Source of the DNA: the human T2T-CHM13v2.0 reference genome, Homo sapiens
Reading direction: 5' to 3' (one strand)
Length of the DNA: 64,000 nucleotides
NCBI RefSeq assembly: GCF_009914755.1
Contig: NC_060930.1
Shown here: positions 62,380 to 64,000 of the stretch, piece after piece
How the letters are laid out: every line of letters starts with the position of its first letter
Numbering within the stretch: the stretch's first letter is position 1
The notes under the pieces: generated by a model
What the model was told of the DNA's origin: nothing
The model's input: only the letters and a program-made list of their open reading frames with translations
Databases searched by the model: none
Position numbers and translations under genes: made by a program

Positions 62380-64000
62380 TATATTTTGTACCTTTCCAAT
62401 CAATTTACCTCCTCCTCTCTCAAGAGTATGTATACTGTTGGATATGGCTTCTATTGTTCAAAATGAAGCCTATCAAGAATTCATTATTTTTATCACAGTG
62501 TAGTATTCCGTTGCATGCTGATCCAATAATTATTTGTTCATTCTCCTGTTAATGGGCATTTAGGTTGTTTCCAGTTTTTGGCTCTTATGAATAATGCTCT
62601 TAGGTACTTTTTGTACATGTCTCTTGAAGGATGTATGCATTCATTTTTATTGGATATATACATAAAGGTGTGTTGCCTGGGCTATGCAGTAGGCATATGA
62701 TTAACTTTAGTAGGTATAGACAAAACTTTTCCAAAGTGTATTTGTACAAATTTTACTAGTTTACATAATTAGTGGCAATGTCAGAGAATTGCCATTGCTC
62801 TAGATTTTGGCCAAAGCTTAGTATTGACGAATTTTTTAAAATTCTAGTCTTTCTGTTGGGTATGTGTTTTGTCTAGATTTTAATTAATTTTCATTTCATG
62901 AATGGATAATGATGTTGAGCATCTTTTAATGCTTTTACTGATTATTTGGATATCCTTATTTGTGAGGTAGTTTTTGAAGCCTTTCCTTTTAAGAGTTGGG
63001 TTATTTAACTTTTCTTATTAATTTTTAAGTTTTTAAGTATACTGTAGACATAAACCATTTGTCACTTACATGCTTTGTGAATATATTCTTCCACTGTGTG
63101 CTTGTCTTTTTGCCCTCAATATAGATCTTTTGATGAACAATTCTTAATTTTAATGAAGTCCCTGTATAATTTTTAAATGATTAGAGTCTTTAGTTTTCTG
63201 TTTAACAAATCCTTTAATTCCAAAAGCTTTATTGTTTTCTCTTTTATATTTAAGTCATTAAGTCTTTTAGATTAATAATCTAGAATTTGTTTTTGCGTAT
63301 GGCATGAGATACAGATCAGTACTCATTGTTTGAACATGGATTTACAGTGTCTCCAGCATTTTTGAAAAGATGGTTATTTCTTTGTTAAATGTCAGCAGCA
63401 TCTTTATGACAAATCATATTGGTCTATTTGTCTAAGTACCAATAACACATTGTAATAATTAGCTTTATAGTAATTTATGGTAATTCTTAAAATTTGGTAA
63501 CCTCCTTTAATATTGTTCTTATTTTCAAGAATATCTTGGATAGATTCTATATTTTTCATATAAATTTAAAAATCAACTTCTCAATTTCCTTAGGAAAAAA
63601 TCCTGCCAGAATTTTGTTTGAGGTTACAGTTGGGATTGCACTGAATCTGTAATTCAATCTGGGGAAAACTGATATCTTTATTTAGTTTTCTTATCCATGA
63701 ACATCACATACCTCTAGTTTTTCAAGAATTTATCTCAGTACTATTTGTAGTTTGAAGTGTATAATTTTGGTACATCTTTGTTAAGTTTACTTGTTGGTAT
63801 TAGATGTTTTTAATGTAATATAAACGATATTTAACATTTTTTTCTCAACTAAGAATGTTTTGTTACCACTATAATAATGATTATTTTTTGTGTATTGATT
63901 TGACCACAGAGACATTTCTAAATTCACTTATCAATTTTAATTCTTTGTAGTTTCCTTTGGGGTTTTTAAATGTATAATTATGTCATCTGGGATTAAAGAT
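62380..64000 (-). mobile_element. Ancient L1 (L1ME/L1MC-like) 3' region, continuing beyond the window
   Basis: aatgggcatttaggttgtttccagtttttggct, gatgttgagcatctttt, gggattgcactgaatctgta, atccatgaacat. Confidence 0.8.

Overview
This is AT-rich, CpG-depleted primate (human-like) DNA made mostly of transposable elements. I found no host protein-coding exon, RNA gene or CRISPR array, and the long ORFs are L1 ORF2 or retroviral remnants. The main elements are: (1) an ancient ERVL gag region with Leu PBS and LTR at the left edge; (2) a full-length L1PB at 7.97-14.66 kb; (3) a THE1A solo LTR; (4) a 13 kb nested complex at 32.8-45.9 kb, in which an old full-length L1PA15-17-like element hosts two separately 5'-inverted younger L1s, one carrying an AluY; (5) a two-LTR HERV-IP10/LTR10-type provirus at 51.1-58.3 kb with a 4-bp TSD. 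Many MIR, L2, ancient L1M and DNA-transposon fragments fill the rest. Nearly all L1, Alu and proviral inserts are on the minus strand, which suggests an intron of a gene transcribed on +. The most unusual structures are an ectopic 312-bp copy of the host L1's own 5'UTR joined to half a MADE1 inside ORF2, a 4x70-bp hairpin array in the proviral leader, a p53-like site kept in only one LTR, a Lys PBS on a class I provirus, and a candidate recursive splice site near opposed CA/TG repeats. I cannot claim a new biological system from sequence alone. Subfamily names are by-eye recognition, not database hits, and boundaries of old elements are approximate.
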